NCBI GenBank assembly: GCA_025340205.1
Contig: CP006868.1
Location: forward strand, 420,001 to 452,000
From: Ignicoccus pacificus DSM 13166
GTDB lineage: Archaea; Thermoproteota; Thermoprotei_A; Sulfolobales; Ignicoccaceae
DNA: 32,000 nucleotides
Reading direction: 5' to 3'
Within the stretch, counting starts at the first letter, position 1. Each line of letters opens with the position of its first letter. Shown one piece after another: positions 8,264 through 15,531 of this stretch. The notes beneath the pieces were generated by a model. It did no database searches and was not told where the DNA came from. It saw only the letters and a list, made by a program, of their open reading frames with translations. A program made the translations under genes and the position numbers.

Positions 8264-9087
8264 AGCCTTGAGAGCACCTCCAGGGCCCCTCTCACCATGT
8301 TCCTCTCGGTAACTATTCCGTCGGGAGAGTCCTTGGGGCCCACCAAGACAGCTTCCTTCCCCTTCGCGACCATTAAAGCGGCCACTTGGGATATTGGCGT
8401 GGAAGGAGGAACCACCTCGGTAGGCTCCACGACCTCGTCGGCTGGAGCGGAGAGGGACTCCTCTATGCCCTTCCTCACTAGGTCAGTCATGTTTACTATT
8501 CCTATCACCTTGCCCTCCTTGGACATAACCAAGTGCCTCGTCCATAGCTCCATCATTAGCTCTAACACTTCCCTAACTGAGGAGCCAGCCAGAACGTAGG
8601 TGCTTATGTTGGTAGTTATGTTCTCGACCCTCTCTATCGATGGTACCACAGCTAGGAACTTGACCAGATCCTTCTCGGTAACTATGCCCTGTATCCTGTC
8701 CATGTCATCCACTATCACTACCGAGCCCACCCCGGCCTCCAGCATCAGCTCCACAGCCTTGAGGAGGGGGACGTCTGGAGTAACTTTCACAGGCTGAACG
8801 TTTATGTGATCGGAGACCTTCTCCTTCTCCAAGGCCTCCCTTCCGCCCTGTAGGAGAACGGAAGCTATCTCCCTCATTCCAATCATTCCTATTAGCCTAT
8901 TGCTGGAGTCCTTTACCGGCAAGTGCCTTATCCTAAGCTCTATCATTAGGTTAGCGGCGCTCATGAGGTCGTTCTCAGGGGAGATCCCTATCACCCTCTT
9001 GGTGGCGTAGTCCATGACGTTGACGTAATGCCTTCTCCACTCGCTTCCCCATTCCAAGGCTTGAAACCCCCAGATCTCAAGGAGCAA
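8260..9087 (-). CDS. CBS-domain protein (four tandem CBS motifs)
   Basis: CBS patterns recur, for example VMDYATKRVIGISPENDLMSAANLMIELRIRHLPV, GVGSVVIVDD.DRIQGIVTEKDLV and HLVMSKEGKVIGIVNMTDLV. Confidence 0.8.
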   Translation of the reverse strand: MLLEIWGFQALEWGSEWRRHYVNVMDYATKRVIGISPENDLMSAANLMIELRIRHLPVKDSSNRLIGMIGMREIASVLLQGGREALEKEKVSDHINVQPVKVTPDVPLLKAVELMLEAGVGSVVIVDDMDRIQGIVTEKDLVKFLAVVPSIERVENITTNISTYVLAGSSVREVLELMMELWTRHLVMSKEGKVIGIVNMTDLVRKGIEESLSAPADEVVEPTEVVPPSTPISQVAALMVAKGKEAVLVGPKDSPDGIVTERNMVRGALEVLSRL

Positions 9088-9169
9088 GTGGTTTCAAGCG
9101 TTGAGGTCCTCGATGAGGTGCGCACAAGGGTGATAGGGCCCGGAAGGTAGGAGATCACGGGATCTAGGT

Positions 9170-10381
9170 TTGAGGAACTCCTTGGGTACCGCGTGGACCT
9201 CTACCGCTAACAAGGCCTTGCTTTTGGGATCTGGCGAGCTCGGAAAGGAGGTGGTAATAGAGCTCCAGAGGCTTGGAGTGGAAACGATAGCCGTTGACCG
9301 CTACGACAGAGCTCCGGCCATGCACGTTGCCCACAAGAGGTATACCATCAACATGCTCGATTACAACCAAGTAGTGGACGTGGTGAGGAGGGAGCATCCA
9401 GATGCGGTAATCCCGGAGGTGGAGGCGATAAACCTCGAGGCCTTGGAGGACCTCGAAAAGGAGGGCTACAGAATAATTCCAAACGCGAAAGCAGTAGGAA
9501 TAACGATGAACAGGATAAGGCTCAGGAGGTTCGCTGCAGAGCAAGTGGGGGTTCCGACTACCAAGTACGCATTCGCTACCAACGAGGACGAGGCAGCTGA
9601 GGCTTGTGCGAAGGTGGGCTTCCCTTGCCTCATCAAGCCGGAGATGAGCTCCTCCGGCCACGGTCACACCTTGGCTAGGAGCGAGGAGGAGGCTAGGAAG
9701 GGCTTCGTCGAAGCCATAAAGCATGCAAGGGGAAGGAGTGAGACCGTAATAGTGGAGGAGTTCGTCGAGATCGAGACCGAGCTCACCGCGCTCACCTACA
9801 GACACGAAACCGGAAACGGCATAGAAACGGTCCCTCTAATTCCCGTGGAGCACAAGAGGCCCAAGGGAATATACTACTACTACGAATCTTGGCACCCCAC
9901 CACCACTCCTGAGGAGGTAACGAAGAAGGCGCAAGAGATAGCGAAGAAGGTGGTCGAAGCCTTAGGGGGAGTGGGAATCTTCGGCGTTGAGATAATAGTA
10001 ACTAAGGACGGAAGGGTCCTCTTCAGCGAGGTCTCCCCTAGGCCTCACGACACAGGCTTGGTAACTCTAGCCAGCTTGGAGCAGAGCGAGTTCGCTATAC
10101 ACGCGAGGGCGGTAATGGGCCTTCCGGTGCCGGAGCCGAAGCTGGTTACTCCAGCCGCCACTCACGTGATACTAGCTGAGGAAGAGCTGGAGGCTCCTTG
10201 CATCGAGGGAATAGGCGAGGCCTTGAGCGTCCCCCACGTTCAGATAAGGTGGTTCGGAAAGCCCAGAAGCTACAAGGAGAGAAGGATGGGACTGGTAATA
10301 GCGACTGGGGAGAGCGTGGAAGAAGCTCTAAAAAGAGCTAGGGAGGCGGCAGGAAAGGTAAGGGTAGTCAAGTGTAGATAA
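9170..10381 (+). CDS. purT: Formate-dependent phosphoribosylglycinamide formyltransferase (GAR transformylase 2, PurT)
   Basis: It is collinear with E. coli PurT from the N-terminus (LLLGSGELGKEVVIELQRLGVETIAVDRYDRAPAMHVAH) to FSEVSPRPHDTG and the C-terminal GLVIATGESVEEALKRA. The start is TTG. Confidence 0.92.
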   Translation: MRNSLGTAWTSTANKALLLGSGELGKEVVIELQRLGVETIAVDRYDRAPAMHVAHKRYTINMLDYNQVVDVVRREHPDAVIPEVEAINLEALEDLEKEGYRIIPNAKAVGITMNRIRLRRFAAEQVGVPTTKYAFATNEDEAAEACAKVGFPCLIKPEMSSSGHGHTLARSEEEARKGFVEAIKHARGRSETVIVEEFVEIETELTALTYRHETGNGIETVPLIPVEHKRPKGIYYYYESWHPTTTPEEVTKKAQEIAKKVVEALGGVGIFGVEIIVTKDGRVLFSEVSPRPHDTGLVTLASLEQSEFAIHARAVMGLPVPEPKLVTPAATHVILAEEELEAPCIEGIGEALSVPHVQIRWFGKPRSYKERRMGLVIATGESVEEALKRAREAAGKVRVVKCR

Positions 10382-10383
10382 CC

Positions 10384-10728
10384 TCAGACCGCCACCAAGC
10401 CTACCTTCTTTATTGTTCCATCCTTTGGATCTACGTAATAACCCAACCTCTCGAGCGCTTGAACCCCTATTAAGACGTCTAGAGGCAGGCCCTCCACCTC
10501 CTCTACGAACATGCAACTCTCTTCATCGTCTATCTTAACCTTAGCGACGCCTACCCTTACCTTTACCTTTCTTCCGTCAATCGTGGTTCGATACTTTTCC
10601 TCCAAGGGCTTTAAACCTATTTCCTTAGCTACCTTAGGAGAAACCAAGACTTCACCGTTAAAGCCGGTATCGATGAGAGCCTTGTACTTCCTCCCGCTTA
10701 TCTCCACCTCCTTGAAAGCGAGCTTCAA
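10384..10728 (-). CDS. Retropepsin-like (clan AA) aspartic protease, AF_0612-type
   Basis: This 114-aa protein has the ALIDTGFNGEVLV (DTG) active-site motif and VLIGVQALERLG near the C-terminus. Confidence 0.7.
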   Translation of the reverse strand: MKLAFKEVEISGRKYKALIDTGFNGEVLVSPKVAKEIGLKPLEEKYRTTIDGRKVKVRVGVAKVKIDDEESCMFVEEVEGLPLDVLIGVQALERLGYYVDPKDGTIKKVGLVAV

Positions 10729-10776
10729 CTTTCAGATCCTTCTATCGTTAAGCCCTTAGCTTTCAATAGCTTTGAG

Positions 10777-11505
10777 CTATTGGATCGCTATCTCAGCCTT
10801 GCATCTGTTCAAGCCTTCGGTGACGCTCAAGTACAGCGTCTTCGGTGTGGCGTTACTTGGTATGACGAACATAACCGTTCCCTCGACGCTGGCCCCCGGC
10901 GGCACTTGCTGTAGCGCCGAAAGAGGTTCGTAGACCAAGGCGCTGGCGACCCTCTCCTCGAAGAGGAAATTCAGCTTCAAGAGCGTTGCCTCTCCATAGC
11001 TCATCCCGTCCTCCGTTATCAAGCTCCAAGATGCTATGAAGTAGTGGGAGTCTTGATCTAAGTTGGTTGCCCTAACCTTGAACATAATTACCTTGTACCC
11101 CGGAGGGGCCTTGTAGTAGCTTCCCTGATAGTAGACGTACCTTCCCTCTTCGGGAGCGCTTATCCCTATCTGCCAATAGCCTAGCTTGAAGGTGCTGGGT
11201 GCTTGGGCGGTTACGAAGCACTGGGAAGAGGCTCCGTGAGATGACAGCGCTGAGAGCACGACAAGCGCCGTCGCTATCACCGTCAGCGTGTTGAAGAGCG
11301 CTAGTCCGGAGAACACTGTAGTTATTATTCCAAGCGCCTTCACCGAGGTCCTCTTCTCGCTCTTCGATATCATAGCTATTCCGAGCAACAACGCTATTAT
11401 CTGTAGGAAGAGAGTGATCCAAGCGTTGTAGTACAAGGTGGCTGCGGAGAACAGCAACAAGAGCAGCGAAAGCACGAAGAGCACCACAGCTGCCCAGACC
11501 TTCAC
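10777..11505 (-). CDS. Membrane protein with C-terminal DUF4352-like beta-sandwich domain
   Basis: There are three or four N-terminal hydrophobic helices. These are followed by YKVIMFKVRATNLDQDSHYF...VPPGASVEGTVMFVIPSNATPKTLYL, which is typical of DUF4352. Confidence 0.6.
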   Translation of the reverse strand: MKVWAAVVLFVLSLLLLLFSAATLYYNAWITLFLQIIALLLGIAMISKSEKRTSVKALGIITTVFSGLALFNTLTVIATALVVLSALSSHGASSQCFVTAQAPSTFKLGYWQIGISAPEEGRYVYYQGSYYKAPPGYKVIMFKVRATNLDQDSHYFIASWSLITEDGMSYGEATLLKLNFLFEERVASALVYEPLSALQQVPPGASVEGTVMFVIPSNATPKTLYLSVTEGLNRCKAEIAIQ

Positions 11506-11637
11506 ACTAACACCACGTTAAGGAAGCATAAATATTTAATCGGCATTTACTTTACAATAAAAGTAAAGAGTTCAATGCACTAATTCGTAGGAGCTTCCCC
11601 CTTACCTCGAAAATGTGAAAAGAATTCCTTTCCCGAA

Positions 11638-12108
11638 GTGAAGGGCTTGAACTTGATATGCGGAGCGGATGAGAGCTACTTCTCCGGAACGCTCTGCCTC
11701 TCCTTAGTTTGTGCTGAATGTGGGAGCGTGAACTGCTTGTCTGAACTGGTATCAAGGATAATGAGGGAATACAAGCTGAAGAAAGAGGTGAAGGGGAGCG
11801 AGGTCAGCAAACTAGCCAAGAAGAAGGGTAAGTGTCACGAGCTCAAGAAAACGATCATAGAAGAGCTCGAATATTATTCGGTAGCGTGCATAAAAGTCGA
11901 GAAGGGAAAGGAAGGAGAGATCAAGGAGGTACTGCTGAGGAGCTTGTTAGAACCTTTGGGAGAGGTTAAGGTTTACGCGGACTTCTCCGTTATCAGGGGC
12001 GACAGGAGGAAGAGGGTGGGAAAGGCTTTGGTGTTTCCGAGACCCAGCCACACCGTTCCGTTGATCCAAATCGCTGACCTTTTGATTCATTTGATGAGGA
12101 AGTGCTGA
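11638..12108 (+). CDS. Short DUF3800-like protein
   Basis: It has the N-terminal LICGADESYFSG (DES motif) and the C-terminal PLIQIADLLIHL (Q-x-AD-L motif), the two hallmark motifs of DUF3800. At 156 aa it is shorter than usual. The start is GTG. Confidence 0.5.
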   Translation: MKGLNLICGADESYFSGTLCLSLVCAECGSVNCLSELVSRIMREYKLKKEVKGSEVSKLAKKKGKCHELKKTIIEELEYYSVACIKVEKGKEGEIKEVLLRSLLEPLGEVKVYADFSVIRGDRRKRVGKALVFPRPSHTVPLIQIADLLIHLMRKC

Positions 12109-12229
12109 GGCTCCCGGTACTTCCCGTCCCCCTTCCGGGGGGGCATCCCCGGGAGACCCTTCGTGCTTTATCGTATCACAAATCCATAAAAAGTCTTGAG
12201 TACGCAAGAAGTTAACTGCTGGGGAATCA

Positions 12230-12667
12230 ATGTCTTCGAAGAAGGCTTATTTGCTCTGTAAGAGAGCCGAGGAGATGTTTGAGGGCGCTAAGTGGAGGTT
12301 AGAAAGAGGTCACTATGACCTAGCTTGTTTCGAAGCTGAACAAGCGGCCCAGCTCTGGATAAAGTGCTTAGCGTTTGAGCTTTGGAATGAGGCGCCCAGG
12401 TTACATGACCTCAATCAGCTTCTCGGATTTATAATAAGGAAGCTGAGCCTTTCCGGAAAGGAGATATCATCCTTCGTAGATAAGTTTAGGCAAATGAGGA
12501 AGGATCTGTGGTTTCTCTCAGAAAGCTATTATGAGGCTAGGTATGAAGAAGTCGAATACGGGTCGGAAGAAGGAGAGAGGTGTCTAAGGATTGCAGAGAA
12601 GGTAAGAAAGCTCGTGGAAGAGGTGAGGAGGGCTGCGCGCGGAGGAGTACATGATATATCGGCTTAG
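12230..12667 (+). CDS. HEPN-domain protein (partner of the adjacent minimal nucleotidyltransferase)
   Basis: The segments YDLACFEAEQAAQLWIKCL, APRLHDLNQLL and SESYYEARYEE follow the PF05168-type HEPN pattern. Its 3' end overlaps the MNT gene by 17 nt. Confidence 0.7.
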   Translation: MSSKKAYLLCKRAEEMFEGAKWRLERGHYDLACFEAEQAAQLWIKCLAFELWNEAPRLHDLNQLLGFIIRKLSLSGKEISSFVDKFRQMRKDLWFLSESYYEARYEEVEYGSEEGERCLRIAEKVRKLVEEVRRAARGGVHDISA

Positions 12668-12980
12668 AGAGCTTATGAGGTGGAAGGAAGTAGCAAAGAA
12701 GATTGCTGAGGCGGCTAAGGAAGTCCTCGGAGACACTGAGGTCTACGTGGTGGGCGGAATTGCAGAGGGTCGCTTTACTGCGGCCAGTGATCTGGATATC
12801 CTAATAGTTTCAGACAAGGTGCCTTCAACCTCAAAGAAGATATGGCTGAAGGTGGAGATTAGGGAAAAGGCCTTCCAAAAGGGAGTTCCTCTTGACTACC
12901 CCTTGAACCTCCATATGTACAACAAAAAGGACTTCAAGGAAGTAAAGGAATACTACAAGAAGATGATTAGAGTTGATTAA
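12651..12980 (+). CDS. Minimal nucleotidyltransferase (MNT), HEPN-MNT pair
   Basis: VYVVGGIAEGRFTAASDLDILIVSD carries the G-[SG]-x9-12-D-x-D polymerase-beta-like NTase motif. The protein is 109 aa. Confidence 0.75.
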   Translation: MIYRLRELMRWKEVAKKIAEAAKEVLGDTEVYVVGGIAEGRFTAASDLDILIVSDKVPSTSKKIWLKVEIREKAFQKGVPLDYPLNLHMYNKKDFKEVKEYYKKMIRVD

Positions 12981-13384
12981 GCGGTAGCTTCGACGGGTCT
13001 GGATACCTTCAGCTCCTCCCTATATCCCAACACCTTTTCCACTGCCTTCCTATTTACTTGAACGAAGGTCTCCCACCTCTCCGCAACCTTCAGGAACTCC
13101 TCTCTCCCGGTCTCCTCATAGAGCCTTCTAGCATCTTCCGCCAACAGCCTTGCAGCTTCAACTATGGCTAAGACAGTCTTCTGGCTTAGGGTGTCCTTAG
13201 CCGTTATAGCCTCAATTATCATTTGAATGGTTTCCTCGTCTCTCTTGTTGAGCTCCTTCAGTACCTTCCTTATCCCCCTCTCGAGCTTGTCGCTCTTGGA
13301 TATGGCCGAGGCCGCCAGTATCGCTGAGAGGGAGGAGGAGAAGGTAGCTAGGCCTAAACCTATGGTGACCAGGTCTATCTGCAC
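12977..13384 (-). CDS. Hypothetical membrane-anchored helical protein
   Basis: This 135-aa protein has an N-terminal hydrophobic segment (VTIGLGLATFSSSLSAILAASAI) followed by charged helices. Confidence 0.45.
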   Translation of the reverse strand: MQIDLVTIGLGLATFSSSLSAILAASAISKSDKLERGIRKVLKELNKRDEETIQMIIEAITAKDTLSQKTVLAIVEAARLLAEDARRLYEETGREEFLKVAERWETFVQVNRKAVEKVLGYREELKVSRPVEATA

Positions 13385-13432
13385 GTCTTACCCCGGTATC
13401 CCCGCTAGTGCCCTCGAGGCTTTTTAGAGGAG

Positions 13433-14341
13433 TCAGCGGGTGGTGACTACAATTCCGTCCTCCTTTACGAAGATGGTGTGCTCCCATTGAGCCACCTCTC
13501 CCTTCCTAGCCTCCAAGAGTATTGGGTAATCTATTACCAATCCCTTCTTCGCCATCTTCATTAACATTTCGTGAAGCTTCTGGTAAGGGTAGACGTCCAC
13601 GAGCCACCTAGGAGAGAAGGGGAGCGTCTTGAACCTTTCCTCAATGATCTCAAGCAAGTGCTTCTCCTCCTCGGTAGCCTTGCTGAGAGCGCCTCTCGGA
13701 GGCCTTGGATGGAGGGAGAAGATGGTAACGATCTTTCCCTCTACCACGTACCCAGCTCCATCCGTCCCGAAGGGCTCTATCGCGTAGGCCTTTCCCACCT
13801 CCAAGCGGTAGGGAAGCCTTTCAGGAACGTTTGGAATGCTCACTCCCGAGTGGACTATGTAAGGGGCTAGGCCGTGGCCTCCCAAGTTCCTTATGGGTTT
13901 GAACCCCTTCGACTTTATGGCATAATTTATGGTCGTACCTATAGCTGAGACAGGCAAGTGGGGCTTGGCCCTCTCCAAGGCCTTCTCCAGCGCCTCCTTT
14001 ACCGCCTCGGAGAGCCTCTCCCTCTTCCTGCTGTCGTCCAAGAGCACGCTTATGGCCGAATCCGCTATCCTCCCTTGAACGTGGGAGCCCAAGTCCAGCT
14101 TTACTATTCCTTTATCAGGGAGCTTCTTGGTGTCCTCTGGGATAGGGGAGTAGTGAGCGGCCTCATAACCGACGCTCAAGTTGCAAGGGAACGCCGGCCC
14201 GTCGGAGAGCTTCCTTATTATTGACTCCACCTCCTCACATATTTCCAAGACGGAGGCTCCGGGTCTTATGAGCTCCCTTCCCCTCTCCAAAGCCCTTCTT
14301 ACCGCCTCTCCGGCCTTTAGGTAGAGCTCCAGCTCTTCCAA
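13433..14341 (-). CDS. map: Methionine aminopeptidase, type 2 (archaeal)
   Basis: It has AHYSP, VKLDLGSHVQGRIADSA (Asp-Asp metal ligands), GGHGL, AIEPF and QWEHTI, which together form the full MetAP2 ligand set. Confidence 0.9.
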   Translation of the reverse strand: MEELELYLKAGEAVRRALERGRELIRPGASVLEICEEVESIIRKLSDGPAFPCNLSVGYEAAHYSPIPEDTKKLPDKGIVKLDLGSHVQGRIADSAISVLLDDSRKRERLSEAVKEALEKALERAKPHLPVSAIGTTINYAIKSKGFKPIRNLGGHGLAPYIVHSGVSIPNVPERLPYRLEVGKAYAIEPFGTDGAGYVVEGKIVTIFSLHPRPPRGALSKATEEEKHLLEIIEERFKTLPFSPRWLVDVYPYQKLHEMLMKMAKKGLVIDYPILLEARKGEVAQWEHTIFVKEDGIVVTTR

Positions 14342-14395
14342 GCTTGACCCTAAGGAGGATGGGAGGGACTAATTGTAAGGGTTTGGTTCAAAAGG

Positions 14396-14980
14396 TTAGA
14401 AGGGGAGGCTTCCCTCCTCCCAGTAGCTCATCATTCCCCTTCTCTTTATGCTCCTCATGGCGGTCTCCAAGTGCCTGTAGACAGTTGCGTGCATCTTCCC
14501 CTCTAGAAGCTCTCCTATGGCCCTCTTGGCGGCTTCAGCGCTCTCGTAGTCGCCGATTATCGCTATCTGTCCTTTGGTTATGCTCAAGTAAACGCCGGCT
14601 ATCTCCTCGATGTTCTTCTTCGCCCTTCCTCCCTTTCCTATGACCCTTCCCAAGAGCCTTCTCAAGGTCTTCTCGTCATGATGATCCAAGAGGTAATCCT
14701 TGACATCTATTACCTCCAGGATCATATCATCTGAGAGAAGGGAGAGGGCCTTCTCCGGGGGGAAGCCCAAGCCTATCGCCCTAACTATCTCCCTGGCCTT
14801 CATCATCATAATTGGAGTGGTCTCCTCGGTCGGCTCAATTACTACCCTTCCCCCCTCCTCGACTTGAATCTTGGTTTTAGTCCTTTCCATTATTTCCTTG
14901 AGGGTTCGCTTGCCTTTGCCCAAAAGGGCCCCGACCCTCTCCTGAGGAATGATCAAGTAAAACTTCATCTGACTCGTCAA
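14396..14980 (-). CDS. KH-domain RNA-binding protein (archaeal Dim2/Pno1-like)
   Basis: Two KH modules are present: IPQERVGALLGKGKRTLKEI and GRVIGKGGRAKKNIEEI (GxxG loops). Confidence 0.75.
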   Translation of the reverse strand: MTSQMKFYLIIPQERVGALLGKGKRTLKEIMERTKTKIQVEEGGRVVIEPTEETTPIMMMKAREIVRAIGLGFPPEKALSLLSDDMILEVIDVKDYLLDHHDEKTLRRLLGRVIGKGGRAKKNIEEIAGVYLSITKGQIAIIGDYESAEAAKRAIGELLEGKMHATVYRHLETAMRSIKRRGMMSYWEEGSLPF

Positions 14981-15084
14981 GGATCTGCACCCGGAGGCGT
15001 TAGTCTACTTGGAAGGCGGTCATATAAGTTTGAGCTTTTATCTTTATTGCACGCTGAGTCTGTGTGAACGTTAAAGTATTCAAA

Positions 15085-15092
15085 CTTTAATC
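15085..15092 (+). promoter_or_regulatory. Candidate TATA box for the RNase P RNA gene
   Basis: CTTTAATC is centred about 27 nt upstream of the first base of the P1 helix (15116), the usual archaeal TATA-to-TSS spacing. Confidence 0.4.
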
Positions 15093-15115
15093 CTCCAAGA
15101 CCTTACACCTCCAAT

Positions 15116-15431
15116 GCCGTGAGGCCGCTGGCGGCTACGGGCCCGTAAGGGCCTGAGGAAGCTCCACCCTCCCCGCGGTCCGGGGTCCCGCGAGGGACCG
15201 GGTTGAGAGCCCGGGCTCCGGCACAGAAACGAGACCCGGCCCGGGAAGCTAGGAAGGAGATGGGCTCCCGGCGACGGGGCCCTATCCGGAGCGATGAACC
15301 GGGTTCGGGCTGAAACGGCCGTTCCCCCGGGGCGCAAGGCGCGGGGCCGATGCCGGCCGCGGAAGGCCCCCGAGGTCCGCTTAGCCAAATGCCGCCGAAG
15401 TACAGAAGGTGGGCTACAGCGGCCTCACGGC
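15116..15431 (+). ncRNA. rnpB: RNase P RNA (archaeal type A)
   Basis: - The block is very GC-rich.
- P1 is perfect: 15116 GCCGUGAGGCCGCUG pairs with CAGCGGCCUCACGGC at 15417-15431.
- CR-I-like GAGGAAGCUCCACC pairs with the 3' GUACAGAAGGUGGGCUAC to form P4 with a bulged U.
- Internal ACAGAAACGAGACC and GGGCUGAAACGGCC motifs are also present. Confidence 0.85.
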
Positions 15432-15481
15432 TCCACTTCTCTAGTAATATAAGCTTACATTAGCGTTTTCCCTTGTAACTT

Positions 15482-15505
15482 TCTCTCAAATTTAAAATTG
15501 AGAGA
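15482..15505 (+). promoter_or_regulatory. Perfect 8-bp inverted repeat enclosing a TATA-like box upstream of the surface-protein gene
   Basis: The element reads TCTCTCAA-ATTTAAAA-TTGAGAGA and lies 27-50 nt upstream of ATG 15532. Confidence 0.45.
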
Positions 15506-15531
15506 TAAGATCTCTTATACGGGATGGTCTC

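Noticed and set aside
6268-8797. ORFs 6268..6513(+), 6622..6906(+), 6717..6926(+), 7166..7411(-), 7894..8085(+), 8297..8599(+) and 8600..8797(+)
   Set aside because: All fully overlap better-supported minus-strand genes (DUF1028, CBS and others). None has a recognisable motif. 7166..7411 is Arg/Gly/Gln/Glu low-complexity, produced by the GC-rich gene it overlaps.
9164-9805. 213-aa minus-strand ORF opposite purT
   Set aside because: It is an antisense shadow of purT, whose identity is unambiguous.
10328-14643. ORFs 10328..10516(-), 10511..10759(+), 11072..11422(-), 11552..11755(-), 11947..12207(-), 13212..13487(-), 13227..13427(+), 13571..13870(+), 13958..14224(+) and 14344..14643(+)
   Set aside because: They are shadow ORFs overlapping purT, the protease, the membrane protein, DUF3800, map or the KH genes. 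Their composition is typical of out-of-frame or antisense reading.
15080-15388. 102-aa ORF on the minus strand (Arg/Pro/Gly-rich)
   Set aside because: It lies entirely within the RNase P RNA gene. Its composition reflects the GC-rich structural RNA, and it has no coding signature.
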